From an uncultured Muribaculaceae bacterium (GTDB taxonomy: Bacteria; Pseudomonadota; Alphaproteobacteria; Rs-D84), in the NCBI GenBank assembly GCA_965231035.1, contig OZ246409.1:541101-573100 (forward strand): a stretch of DNA of 32,000 nucleotides, given 5' to 3'. Made by a program: the position numbers and the translations under genes. Under the pieces are notes generated by a model. The model searched no databases and was not told the origin of the DNA. It saw only the letters and a program-made list of their open reading frames with translations. Position 1 is the first letter of the stretch. Each line of letters starts with the position of its first letter. Of this stretch, positions 17,320 through 25,106 are shown one piece after another.

Positions 17320-18056
17320 TTGTTTTGGGCCTTTTGTTTATCCAGCCATAATAACACATTTCTTATAAATTCTTCAGCAAAATGAAAATTAAATTCTTGA
17401 GTCTTTTCGTCCATCAGTAACTTGTGGGCTTCTACCCAAGTATCATGATTTTGTGGAACAAGATTTTTGATTCTGCCAAGATTAAAGTCAATATTACCTG
17501 CACATAATTTCCCAGTGTAACCTTGGGGACAATTATTAAAAATGGGTTGTTTCCAATCAAATTGAGCCTTGTAAGTCAGTGAAAATTTTACACCTGTATT
17601 GTTCAGTCTGGAAAGTTTATTTTTTAAATTATCATGATATAAAAATACAAATTCTCGATCCGGATAATTGGAAATAATTTTTGCAACTTTTTCTGGATCA
17701 AAATTTTCTTGTCTGCCGTATAAATCAAACTGCCATCTTTTAATTACAGGCTTATGTGTTTTTATGTTTTTTATATCAAACCAATCGTATAAATCAGCAT
17801 CAATAACACCATTTTTACAAAATTTTACGGCCCAATCTCCAACTATATGCATTGCCAAGTTATCAGCATTTTCTATACAAGAAAGAATATCAATGGTTTC
17901 CGAAAACCATTCATTCCCGGGCATTTTATATTTCATAATTGATGAATCGCCAGGAAAGGCAATTTCGACTTTGTCGGATAATTTTAAAAGATTTATGATT
18001 TTTTCAACAGAAGTAAACTCTCGAATACCAGAGCATGTTATATAGCGCAGGTTCAT
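17316..18056 (-). CDS. Hypothetical protein, paralog A of a tandem pair; possibly a TrpF/PRAI-like TIM barrel
   Basis: 246 aa. RYITCSGI (compare TrpF KICGIT), AMHIVGD (compare QLHG), FDWKQP (compare FDW) and PQGYTGKLCAGNIDFNL resemble TrpF motifs. It starts 3 nt after the rlmN stop, and its AAAGG RBS lies inside the rlmN 3' end. Confidence 0.7.
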   Translation of the reverse strand: MNLRYITCSGIREFTSVEKIINLLKLSDKVEIAFPGDSSIMKYKMPGNEWFSETIDILSCIENADNLAMHIVGDWAVKFCKNGVIDADLYDWFDIKNIKTHKPVIKRWQFDLYGRQENFDPEKVAKIISNYPDREFVFLYHDNLKNKLSRLNNTGVKFSLTYKAQFDWKQPIFNNCPQGYTGKLCAGNIDFNLGRIKNLVPQNHDTWVEAHKLLMDEKTQEFNFHFAEEFIRNVLLWLDKQKAQNK

Positions 18057-18059
18057 TAA

Positions 18060-19133
18060 CTAACCTTTTTGGTTTAATCGCAGTTGCCCACAGGCACTGC
18101 CGATATCTTGACCTCGCTCTCTCCGAATTCTGGTGTGAATACCGTTTTTAATCAATATATCCTGGAATCTGTGTACCGCATTCCCAGAAGGTGACTTAAA
18201 ATCACGTTCATCAACCGCATTCCATGGTATTAAATTTACCATACAGTTCTTGGTTGTCAATAATTTTGACAATTCTTCGGCATTTTCGACCGAATCGTTT
18301 GTCCCAGCCAACAATATATATTCAATCATCAATTGACGGTTATTTTTGGCCACAAATTCAAACGCAGCGTCTATAACCTGTTCCAGATTATACTTTGTGT
18401 TTATAGGCATTAAACGTTCACGCAGGGCATCGTTTGGTGCGTGTAATGATATTGCCAGATTAACTGGTTGCCCCCATTCAATCAATCTTTGTATTCCAGG
18501 AACAATACCGCATGTTGAAACAGTAATCTTTCGCCAGCCAATTCCCAAATCTTGGTGCAGTCTTTCCATAAAGCCAATTGTGTTTTCTGTATTTTGTAAA
18601 GGTTCGCCAGTGCCCATAATAACCACATGTGAAACATCGTTATTATTTGGGTCACCGTTGGGTTTTACGTTTTTATTGTCGTTATCGCCACGAAGTGCCC
18701 AACCGGCGGTTAAAACCTGGGCAAACATTTCATTTACGGTCAAATTGCGTTTTAATCCCAGTAATGTGCTGGCGCAGAACTTACATCCCATTGCACAGCC
18801 TGCCTGTGAGCTGACACAGACACTGTTCCCATAGCTGGTTCGCATTAAAACGGATTCTATTTGTTCTCCGTCTGCCATTTCCAGCAAAAATTTAGTGGTT
18901 TGACCATCAGATGATTCAAGCTTTTTAACAATCTTGCAGGGCAGGGTTGTTGCAATCTTATCCAAGTCGTTACGCAGATCTTCTGGAAGGTTTTTCATAA
19001 CAGAAAAATCAGGTGCCCCCCTTTCCAACCATTCATTGATTTGTTTTGCACGAAATTTTGGCTGACTGATGGATACAATAAATTGTTCCAGTTGAGCAGG
19101 GGTCATATTGAAAAGAATTTGCTTATCAATCAT
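18060..19133 (-). CDS. rlmN: Dual-specificity 23S rRNA/tRNA adenine-C2 methyltransferase RlmN (radical SAM)
   Basis: FRAKQINEWL is at the N-terminus. The radical-SAM cluster motif is GCAMGCKFCAS (CxxxCxxC), followed by VIMGTGEPL and the C-terminal GSACGQL Cys. 357 aa. Confidence 0.92.
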   Translation of the reverse strand: MIDKQILFNMTPAQLEQFIVSISQPKFRAKQINEWLERGAPDFSVMKNLPEDLRNDLDKIATTLPCKIVKKLESSDGQTTKFLLEMADGEQIESVLMRTSYGNSVCVSSQAGCAMGCKFCASTLLGLKRNLTVNEMFAQVLTAGWALRGDNDNKNVKPNGDPNNNDVSHVVIMGTGEPLQNTENTIGFMERLHQDLGIGWRKITVSTCGIVPGIQRLIEWGQPVNLAISLHAPNDALRERLMPINTKYNLEQVIDAAFEFVAKNNRQLMIEYILLAGTNDSVENAEELSKLLTTKNCMVNLIPWNAVDERDFKSPSGNAVHRFQDILIKNGIHTRIRRERGQDIGSACGQLRLNQKG

Positions 19134-19966
19134 ATTTTATAATTTTTATCATTTATAATAATAACAGCCTTGCGACGTAATTGTTTTAACTGTTGATCGG
19201 CTGTGAACATTGCTTTTTTATAAATAGCATTTTGTTTTATAATGTCATCCAGTTTTCCATATTCTTTGGTCTTTTTAATATCACATACCAAGAATACTGA
19301 ATTATCCTGGGGTTTTGACCAAGTCAACTTTGGCAAGCCCACAACAGCTTCGCGAACATCTTCGGATAGTTCATATTGTTGAGCTGTAAATTTTTGTGGT
19401 GCACCACCAAATTTGCGTGCAATATCCATTGCGTCATCACAGCTTTTTGGTTTTGTTAATTTTGCAGAAACATCGGATGGAATATCAATTAATCTGACCA
19501 GTGTCATTTCCAATGGTAAACCTTTGGCACGTTCCAAGTCCTGTTTTTGTTGATCTATTTCACTGTCAGAAACGTCTATGGTTGGAACAATTGTTCTGGC
19601 TACGACCATTTGCCACGCGATGTTCGCATTGACTGCTGTTTTTGCCATTGCAAGTTCTGTTGCTGTCATATCACCCAAATTCATAGAATTTAATTCTTTT
19701 TTAACGTCCTGGTCTGAAGGTTTTGCATTAAAGTTTGCTGCATAATCCAGTTTTACATAATCATCAATAATGTTTTGAAATGCCTTTCTGCGATTATCTG
19801 TGGACGTATCACCTTGCTTTGCCATTAATTTAGTTCTGGCGGTTATGTCTGTGTCTGTTACAGGTCTGCCACCAATAGTTGCAACAACAGATGCAGCAAA
19901 TGACGAAGTTATAACCGAAACAGAAAAAATAACCGTTGATAAAAGTTTTAATTTTACATTCTTCAT
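19130..19966 (-). CDS. SurA-like periplasmic chaperone with a degenerate parvulin-like C-terminal half
   Basis: 278 aa with a signal peptide (…VITSSFAAS). The N-terminus is SurA-like (VATIGGRPVTDTDITARTKL). It sits directly downstream of lptD as in the conserved lptD-surA arrangement, with AGGGA as RBS. Confidence 0.6.
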   Translation of the reverse strand: MKNVKLKLLSTVIFSVSVITSSFAASVVATIGGRPVTDTDITARTKLMAKQGDTSTDNRRKAFQNIIDDYVKLDYAANFNAKPSDQDVKKELNSMNLGDMTATELAMAKTAVNANIAWQMVVARTIVPTIDVSDSEIDQQKQDLERAKGLPLEMTLVRLIDIPSDVSAKLTKPKSCDDAMDIARKFGGAPQKFTAQQYELSEDVREAVVGLPKLTWSKPQDNSVFLVCDIKKTKEYGKLDDIIKQNAIYKKAMFTADQQLKQLRRKAVIIINDKNYKI

Positions 19967-19980
19967 ATTTAATCCCTTTT

Positions 19981-21996
19981 TTACAATCTCATTCCACCAA
20001 TGTTTAACCCAAATCGGAACTGTATAGTTGTGTTTCCGACATAGTCTTCTTTGACCGCGTTATCGCGGCGATATTCCAAAGACAAGAAATAACAAGGGTG
20101 AGTGTAAACTATTCCACCTGTGTGACGTTGGAATTTAGAATCTGTAATGTTATAAATAGCGTTAAACTTTATTCCTACACGATCTGTCATTTGAATACCA
20201 AAACCACCAGATACTTCGTTTATATTTTTATCCATTGTGTGCGCGTCCAAGAACTGTGCGGCCCAAATATGACCAACGTCAAAATAATTTCTGGATGAGC
20301 CAATTCTGGCAGAATTTTCTATGTGTCGTAACGAGAAAGTATCTTGGGCCAAACGGAATCTGGTAGAAAACTGCAACCAATCTGTATTTTCATATCCAAT
20401 TCTGCCGACATAATCAGATTGCCCGTTGTGAAATCCACTGTTTGGGTCTGTATCAATACGCTTGGTAAAGTCATAAGTTTGTCCCAAAAACGTTTCAATG
20501 TTTTGTCCATTGTTATCAAAAGTTGCAAATCTGACACCGTAATCGCTGAATGTTCCATTTTCCCACAAATCTAATCCAGAAAAACGATTGTCAGAAAATA
20601 GTGTCGCATCTGACAATAATGCACCCGCAGAATCATTGTTTAAAGCAAATGCAGAATCATCCAAATTTTTCATAGTTGTTATTCTGGCGCGTGGTTCTAT
20701 GATTTGTGTCCAATCCTCGCCACTGCGTGCCAAAGGCAAACCCCATTCCAAATAACCACTTGGTAAAAATCTTGATTTTACACCGGTAAAATTTGTTCCA
20801 TCAATCATTTCTGTGTTACTGAAATTGTAAACATCATATCTGGCAGATAAATTAGCAGTAACACGATTTCCACCCCACATTGTCCATGGGGATACTATGC
20901 TGGATTCACCAATAACACGTTGGCTGGATACGCCAGACCCAGACACCCCAAGAACGTCAGTATTCAAACGAAGATATGTTTGTTCAAATAAAGGGTCTGT
21001 TTGATAAACACCACGAATGTTTGGTAAAATATCACCATTCGGCGCTAAATACTTTCCACTGGCAGTACGAAGTTCTTGAAACACATGTGTATCCGCAACC
21101 GCATATCCAGAATGTCCAAAAACTTCCACCTTGCCACCTGAATCCAAGTACGGTTGGTCACGATAGAATCCATATTTTTGCAAATAAGTTTTATCAGATG
21201 CACGTTGTAAAAATAATATTGTTCTGACATGGTCACCCATTTCAATAACATCTTTATTAAAGGCATGCCAACGGTTTAACCCTTCTTTGTTATTTGTATA
21301 AGATCCAGAAGTTCTAAATTCAGAATAATTACCATTCAGGCGATGTTCCACCTGAAATAGCGGATTTTCGTTAGTTAGATACGAAAACTTTAATGTTGCA
21401 TCGTGTTTTTCCGAAAAAGAAAGATAAAGAGGAATATTAAATTGTGTTCCCATATTATTTGTAGAATTTAAATCGGGTATTAACAAACCACTTTTATGTT
21501 TAACAGTTGGGTCTGGCATATCAAAAAAAGGAAGCCATGCAACAGGAACTTTGTAAACCCAAAACACAGGGTAATCAAAAGTTATTATTTTATTGTTGGT
21601 ACTGTGGGTCATCATAGACGAAGATATTTCCCAAGCATTTCCAAAGGAATCGCATTTATAGCAGGCTGTGAAAGTTGCATTTTCTGAAATTGTATCACCA
21701 TCTTTGCGAGTAACTTTTTCTGCTGTGACGTGAACATTATCATCCAACCAAATTTCTATATTATTACCAGATGTATCTTGACCTTTGTTTGAAATATAAG
21801 AATCTGTCAAAGTCATCTTTTGTCCAGACGTATTTTTAATCTCGGTCTGACCAGTTGTTTTTATAGCTTCGGATTTTATATTATATTCAATTTTTGGTGC
21901 AGAAATTGTTTTTGCAGATTCTATATCAACCAACTGCCCAGCAATTGATGCGCTGGGAATAAGAAAAAATAAAAATGCGGGTTTAATCAATTTCAT
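19981..21996 (-). CDS. lptD: LPS-assembly outer membrane protein LptD
   Basis: 671 aa with a signal peptide. The N-terminus is OstA-like, followed by a long beta-barrel with SGLLIPD, aromatic-rich strands and a beta-barrel C-terminus. It is flanked by lptG-like and surA-like genes. Confidence 0.85.
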   Translation of the reverse strand: MKLIKPAFLFFLIPSASIAGQLVDIESAKTISAPKIEYNIKSEAIKTTGQTEIKNTSGQKMTLTDSYISNKGQDTSGNNIEIWLDDNVHVTAEKVTRKDGDTISENATFTACYKCDSFGNAWEISSSMMTHSTNNKIITFDYPVFWVYKVPVAWLPFFDMPDPTVKHKSGLLIPDLNSTNNMGTQFNIPLYLSFSEKHDATLKFSYLTNENPLFQVEHRLNGNYSEFRTSGSYTNNKEGLNRWHAFNKDVIEMGDHVRTILFLQRASDKTYLQKYGFYRDQPYLDSGGKVEVFGHSGYAVADTHVFQELRTASGKYLAPNGDILPNIRGVYQTDPLFEQTYLRLNTDVLGVSGSGVSSQRVIGESSIVSPWTMWGGNRVTANLSARYDVYNFSNTEMIDGTNFTGVKSRFLPSGYLEWGLPLARSGEDWTQIIEPRARITTMKNLDDSAFALNNDSAGALLSDATLFSDNRFSGLDLWENGTFSDYGVRFATFDNNGQNIETFLGQTYDFTKRIDTDPNSGFHNGQSDYVGRIGYENTDWLQFSTRFRLAQDTFSLRHIENSARIGSSRNYFDVGHIWAAQFLDAHTMDKNINEVSGGFGIQMTDRVGIKFNAIYNITDSKFQRHTGGIVYTHPCYFLSLEYRRDNAVKEDYVGNTTIQFRFGLNIGGMRL

Positions 21997-23075
21997 TTTT
22001 TAAACAAGGCAAACAGTATTCCAGATAAAACAATTAATTGAGCTAACATCAATATTCCAAGTTGTGGTAAAGTTTCAACCATATTTGATGCAGACATAAA
22101 AAACGCCGAAACAATAGCCATTACAGCCACAGCAATAACTGGAGCAAAACTGGTTCTGCGACGCAACAAAGAAGTTCTAAGTAAAATAACAAGACATAGT
22201 GCAGCCAGGATAACATTCATCAATGGGCTTAACAGTCTTGTATAAATCTCGGTCAGGGTAAGTTTTTGTTGTTTCTTTAAAAGTTCATCTGAGGTTTTGA
22301 AAGATCTTTGATCCCAAGCATTTTTCAAAAGTTGTGTTGTTGGTATTCGTCTGACTTTGAATACAGATTCACCAACCCTGTCAGCAATATTTAAATCCAT
22401 ATCAAAACTATCAAAAGTTCCAATTGTTAAATTATCATCTCTGGATTGTAATGAACCATTATTCATAACAATAGAAAGGCCACGGGCAGTGGAAATTAAT
22501 TTTCCTTTTTCTGCAAATATTGTCCTTTCGGCACGTGGACTACGTGAATCATAAAGAATTATTTGTGATAAATCGTAACCAGATACTTTATCCACATAAA
22601 CGACTAAACCTTCGGCCATTTGGTTAAATGCTGATTCTTTTAATTTCATATGTGCCAAGCCGTAACGTAATTCCCATTGAGTATCGTAAAACTTGGCCTG
22701 GGTTACTGGGACAGCCCAAATATTTAAACCCCAATTTATAATTGTTAAAAACAAAACCAAAACCATAGCAGGTTTTGCAACTTGACGTGGGGACAGGCCT
22801 GATGCCGCTAAAACTGTAATTTCATTATCGCTTATCAATTTGTTGTAAACAAACATAATCGCAATAAAAGTAACAAAAGGTATTATGATTGAAACAATAA
22901 AAGGAATCATCAGAACTGTCAGACCAATAAAACTGTATACTTCTACACCATAATTTATAAGGAACTTCATCAAGGACATGATTTGCAACATCCATGCAAG
23001 ACCGGTCAAAACCAAAAGCAACATTGTAAATATTGTAATCAGTTGCTTTGTAAAGTAGCGTTTGATAATTTTCAT
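21993..23075 (-). CDS. lptG: LptF/LptG-family LPS export permease (position suggests LptG)
   Basis: 360 aa. MKIIKRYFTKQLITIF is the typical YjgP/YjgQ N-terminus. It has 3+3 TM helices with a large periplasmic loop and an ATGA overlap with lptD. No Shine-Dalgarno sequence precedes the ATG. Confidence 0.8.
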   Translation of the reverse strand: MKIIKRYFTKQLITIFTMLLLVLTGLAWMLQIMSLMKFLINYGVEVYSFIGLTVLMIPFIVSIIIPFVTFIAIMFVYNKLISDNEITVLAASGLSPRQVAKPAMVLVLFLTIINWGLNIWAVPVTQAKFYDTQWELRYGLAHMKLKESAFNQMAEGLVVYVDKVSGYDLSQIILYDSRSPRAERTIFAEKGKLISTARGLSIVMNNGSLQSRDDNLTIGTFDSFDMDLNIADRVGESVFKVRRIPTTQLLKNAWDQRSFKTSDELLKKQQKLTLTEIYTRLLSPLMNVILAALCLVILLRTSLLRRRTSFAPVIAVAVMAIVSAFFMSASNMVETLPQLGILMLAQLIVLSGILFALFKK

Positions 23076-23079
23076 AAGT

Positions 23080-23359
23080 TAGGTTGTGTTGACACTATTT
23101 ATACACCAACGGCGGCAGGGAATTTCAATCAAGAACCAGGATTTTTGCGTAGAATGTATATTATACATCCAAGCAGAAATCCGCAGTTATTGATTCAAAT
23201 TCACACCGTTTTGTTACTTTGCCCTGCCTCTGTTATATAAATATATCATCTATTTGCGAAAATCATCTTGCTGTATAACATACAGCCACGCCAGTTTTCA
23301 CAAATATCTAATATATTTATATAACATCGTTGGCGTATAAATAGTGCCAACACAACCTA
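23080..23359. repeat. 280-bp nested palindromic element (32-bp terminal inverted arms enclosing two long hairpins)
   Basis: Arms 23080-23111 and 23328-23359 pair at 30 of 32 positions. Hairpin A spans 23112-23230 and hairpin B spans 23231-23326. Helix details are in the findings. Transcription of the minus strand is suggested. Confidence 0.7.
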
Positions 23360-23387
23360 GTATAAAGCCCAAACACGCCAGCGTCAA
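23359..23387 (-). promoter_or_regulatory. Candidate sigma70 promoter reading into the palindromic element and lptG (TTGACG-N17-TATACT)
   Basis: On the minus strand, TTGACG corresponds to 23387-23382 and TATACT to 23364-23359, with exact 17-nt spacing. The predicted start near 23351-23353 falls inside the outer arm of the element. Confidence 0.45.
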
Positions 23388-23428
23388 GCATCAACCCAGC
23401 CATTTTTCAGTAAAAATTATGTTTTTAC

Positions 23429-23457
23429 TTGCATTTTATCGATTCGGTGTTAATAAT
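23429..23457 (+). promoter_or_regulatory. Candidate promoter for nusA-infB (TTGCAT-N16/17-TAATAAT)
   Basis: The -35-like TTGCAT is at 23429-23434. The -10-like TAATAA/AATAAT is at 23451-23457. Confidence 0.35.
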
Positions 23458-23481
23458 TAGCCTGTTCTTAAATAAAAATTT

Positions 23482-23509
23482 GAGGGCGGGGTTGAAGAAC
23501 CCCGCTCTT
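23482..23509 (+). promoter_or_regulatory. Terminator-like GC hairpin in the nusA leader (possible attenuator)
   Basis: GAGGGCGGGGTT-GAAG-AACCCCGCTCTT forms a 12-bp stem (two G-U pairs) followed by TTTCAAT. It ends 8 nt before the AAGGAG RBS of nusA. Confidence 0.45.
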
Positions 23510-23531
23510 TCAATAAGCAAGGAGAAGTAAA

Positions 23532-25073
23532 ATGTCTTTTGTTTCAATGCCGCGTCAGGATTTATTATTGGCTATAGATTCTTTGGCCCAGGAAAAGCAA
23601 ATAGAAAAAAATATTGTAATAGAATCGCTAGAAGCTGCTATTGCCAAAATTGCCAAGCATAAGTTTGGTGAGGAATTTAATATTGTTGCAAATATTGATC
23701 GTAAAAATGGATCGATACATGTAAAACGATTGTTTGATGTTATTGAATCACCTGAATCTGTTGGCGAAGAAGAATATAATTCAAATACAATGTTAACTGT
23801 GGCCCAAGCTAAAAAATATTCCAAAGATCCACATGTTGGTGATGTTATCGAAGATAATCTGCCAGAACCTGAATTTGGTCGTATGGCTTTTCAAACTGCA
23901 AAACAAATTATGACTGCACGTGTCAGAGATGCAGAAAAAGGTCGTCAATTTGAAGAATTTAAAGAAAATATTGGTGACATTGTTAATGGTATTGTTAAAC
24001 GTATTGAATTTGGGAATGTTTTTGTTGATATTAACGGCAAGGCCGAAGGTTATATCAAAGGTACAGAATTAATTCCAGGCGAACGTTTGGCTGCTGGTGA
24101 CCGTGTTCGTGCTTTGATTATGGATGTTGCACGTTCTAACTCTGGCCCACAGATTTTCTTGACCAGAACACATCCTATGTTTATGGAAAAACTGTTTGTC
24201 CAAGAAGTTCCTGAAATTTATGAAGGTATTATCAAAATTAAATCTGTTGCACGCGCACCAGGCTCACATGCAAAAATTGCAGTTGAAACATCTGATCCAT
24301 CAGTTGACGCTGTTGGTATGACAGTTGGTATCAAGGGAACTCGTATTCAACCAGTTATTAACGAATGTCATGGTGAAAAAATCGACGTTATTTTATATTC
24401 CGAAGATCCTGCAGTATTTATCGTTAATTCTATGCAACCAGCCAAGGTTGCAAAAATTATTGTTGACGAAGATACACACACAGCAGCCGTAGTTGTTAAT
24501 GAAGATCAACAATCTTTGGCAATTGGTCGTCGCGGACAGAATGTTCGTTTGGCCTCTCAGTTGACTGGATGGAATATTGACGTTATGAGCGAAGCTGAAG
24601 AACAAGAACGCCGCGCCAAGGAATTTAAAGAAAAGACAGAACTGTTCATCAAAGGATTAGATGTTGATGAAATGATTGCGCATCTGTTGATTACTGAAGG
24701 TTTCAGAACAATTGAAGAAATTGCATTTGTTGATACTGCTGAATTAGAAGAAATCGAAGGATTTAATCCAGAATTGGCATCAGAATTGCAAACGCGTGCT
24801 AAAACTTATTTGACCAAATTGGAACAAGATTATAAAGAAGAAGGTCATAAATTAGGCATGAAAGATGATTTGTTGAACTTTGACTTTATCAAACGCCCGA
24901 TTATAATGAAGTTGGGACATAGTGGTATTAGATCACTGGCGGATTTGGCGGACTTGGCAACCGATGAATTGGTTGAAATGTTAGGCGAAGATAATATGTC
25001 AGAACGTTTGGCTTCACGCGTTGTTATGAAGGCACGTGAATTGGCATATAATATAAAACAGGACGAAGAATAA
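23532..25073 (+). CDS. nusA: Transcription termination/antitermination factor NusA
   Basis: 513 aa with LLLAIDSLAQEKQIEKNIVIESLEAAI at the N-terminus. It has an S1 region (GDIVNGIVKRIEFGNVFVDI), KH regions (GSHAKIAV...DAVGMTVGIKGTRIQ; AIGRRGQNVRLASQLTGW) and C-terminal HhH repeats. Confidence 0.95.
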   Translation: MSFVSMPRQDLLLAIDSLAQEKQIEKNIVIESLEAAIAKIAKHKFGEEFNIVANIDRKNGSIHVKRLFDVIESPESVGEEEYNSNTMLTVAQAKKYSKDPHVGDVIEDNLPEPEFGRMAFQTAKQIMTARVRDAEKGRQFEEFKENIGDIVNGIVKRIEFGNVFVDINGKAEGYIKGTELIPGERLAAGDRVRALIMDVARSNSGPQIFLTRTHPMFMEKLFVQEVPEIYEGIIKIKSVARAPGSHAKIAVETSDPSVDAVGMTVGIKGTRIQPVINECHGEKIDVILYSEDPAVFIVNSMQPAKVAKIIVDEDTHTAAVVVNEDQQSLAIGRRGQNVRLASQLTGWNIDVMSEAEEQERRAKEFKEKTELFIKGLDVDEMIAHLLITEGFRTIEEIAFVDTAELEEIEGFNPELASELQTRAKTYLTKLEQDYKEEGHKLGMKDDLLNFDFIKRPIIMKLGHSGIRSLADLADLATDELVEMLGEDNMSERLASRVVMKARELAYNIKQDEE

Positions 25074-25106
25074 ATTATTCAGGATTCTGTCGAAGGAGTA
25101 AATTGA

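Noticed and set aside
16258-18056. Genomic island integrated at tRNA-Val carrying the two paralogs
   Set aside because: No integrase is present. No direct repeat of the tRNA 3' end was found near 18056 or elsewhere in the window. The paralogs are translationally coupled to rlmN on the opposite strand rather than forming a separate module. Only the AT-rich composition hints at foreign origin.
23080-23359. Retron msr/msd or an IS element as the explanation for the nested palindrome
   Set aside because: The window contains no reverse transcriptase, transposase or other associated ORF. The interior has no coding capacity, and I could see no convincing target-site duplication at the arm ends (only ambiguous 2-3 nt matches). 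A MITE remains possible and is kept as an alternative in the finding.
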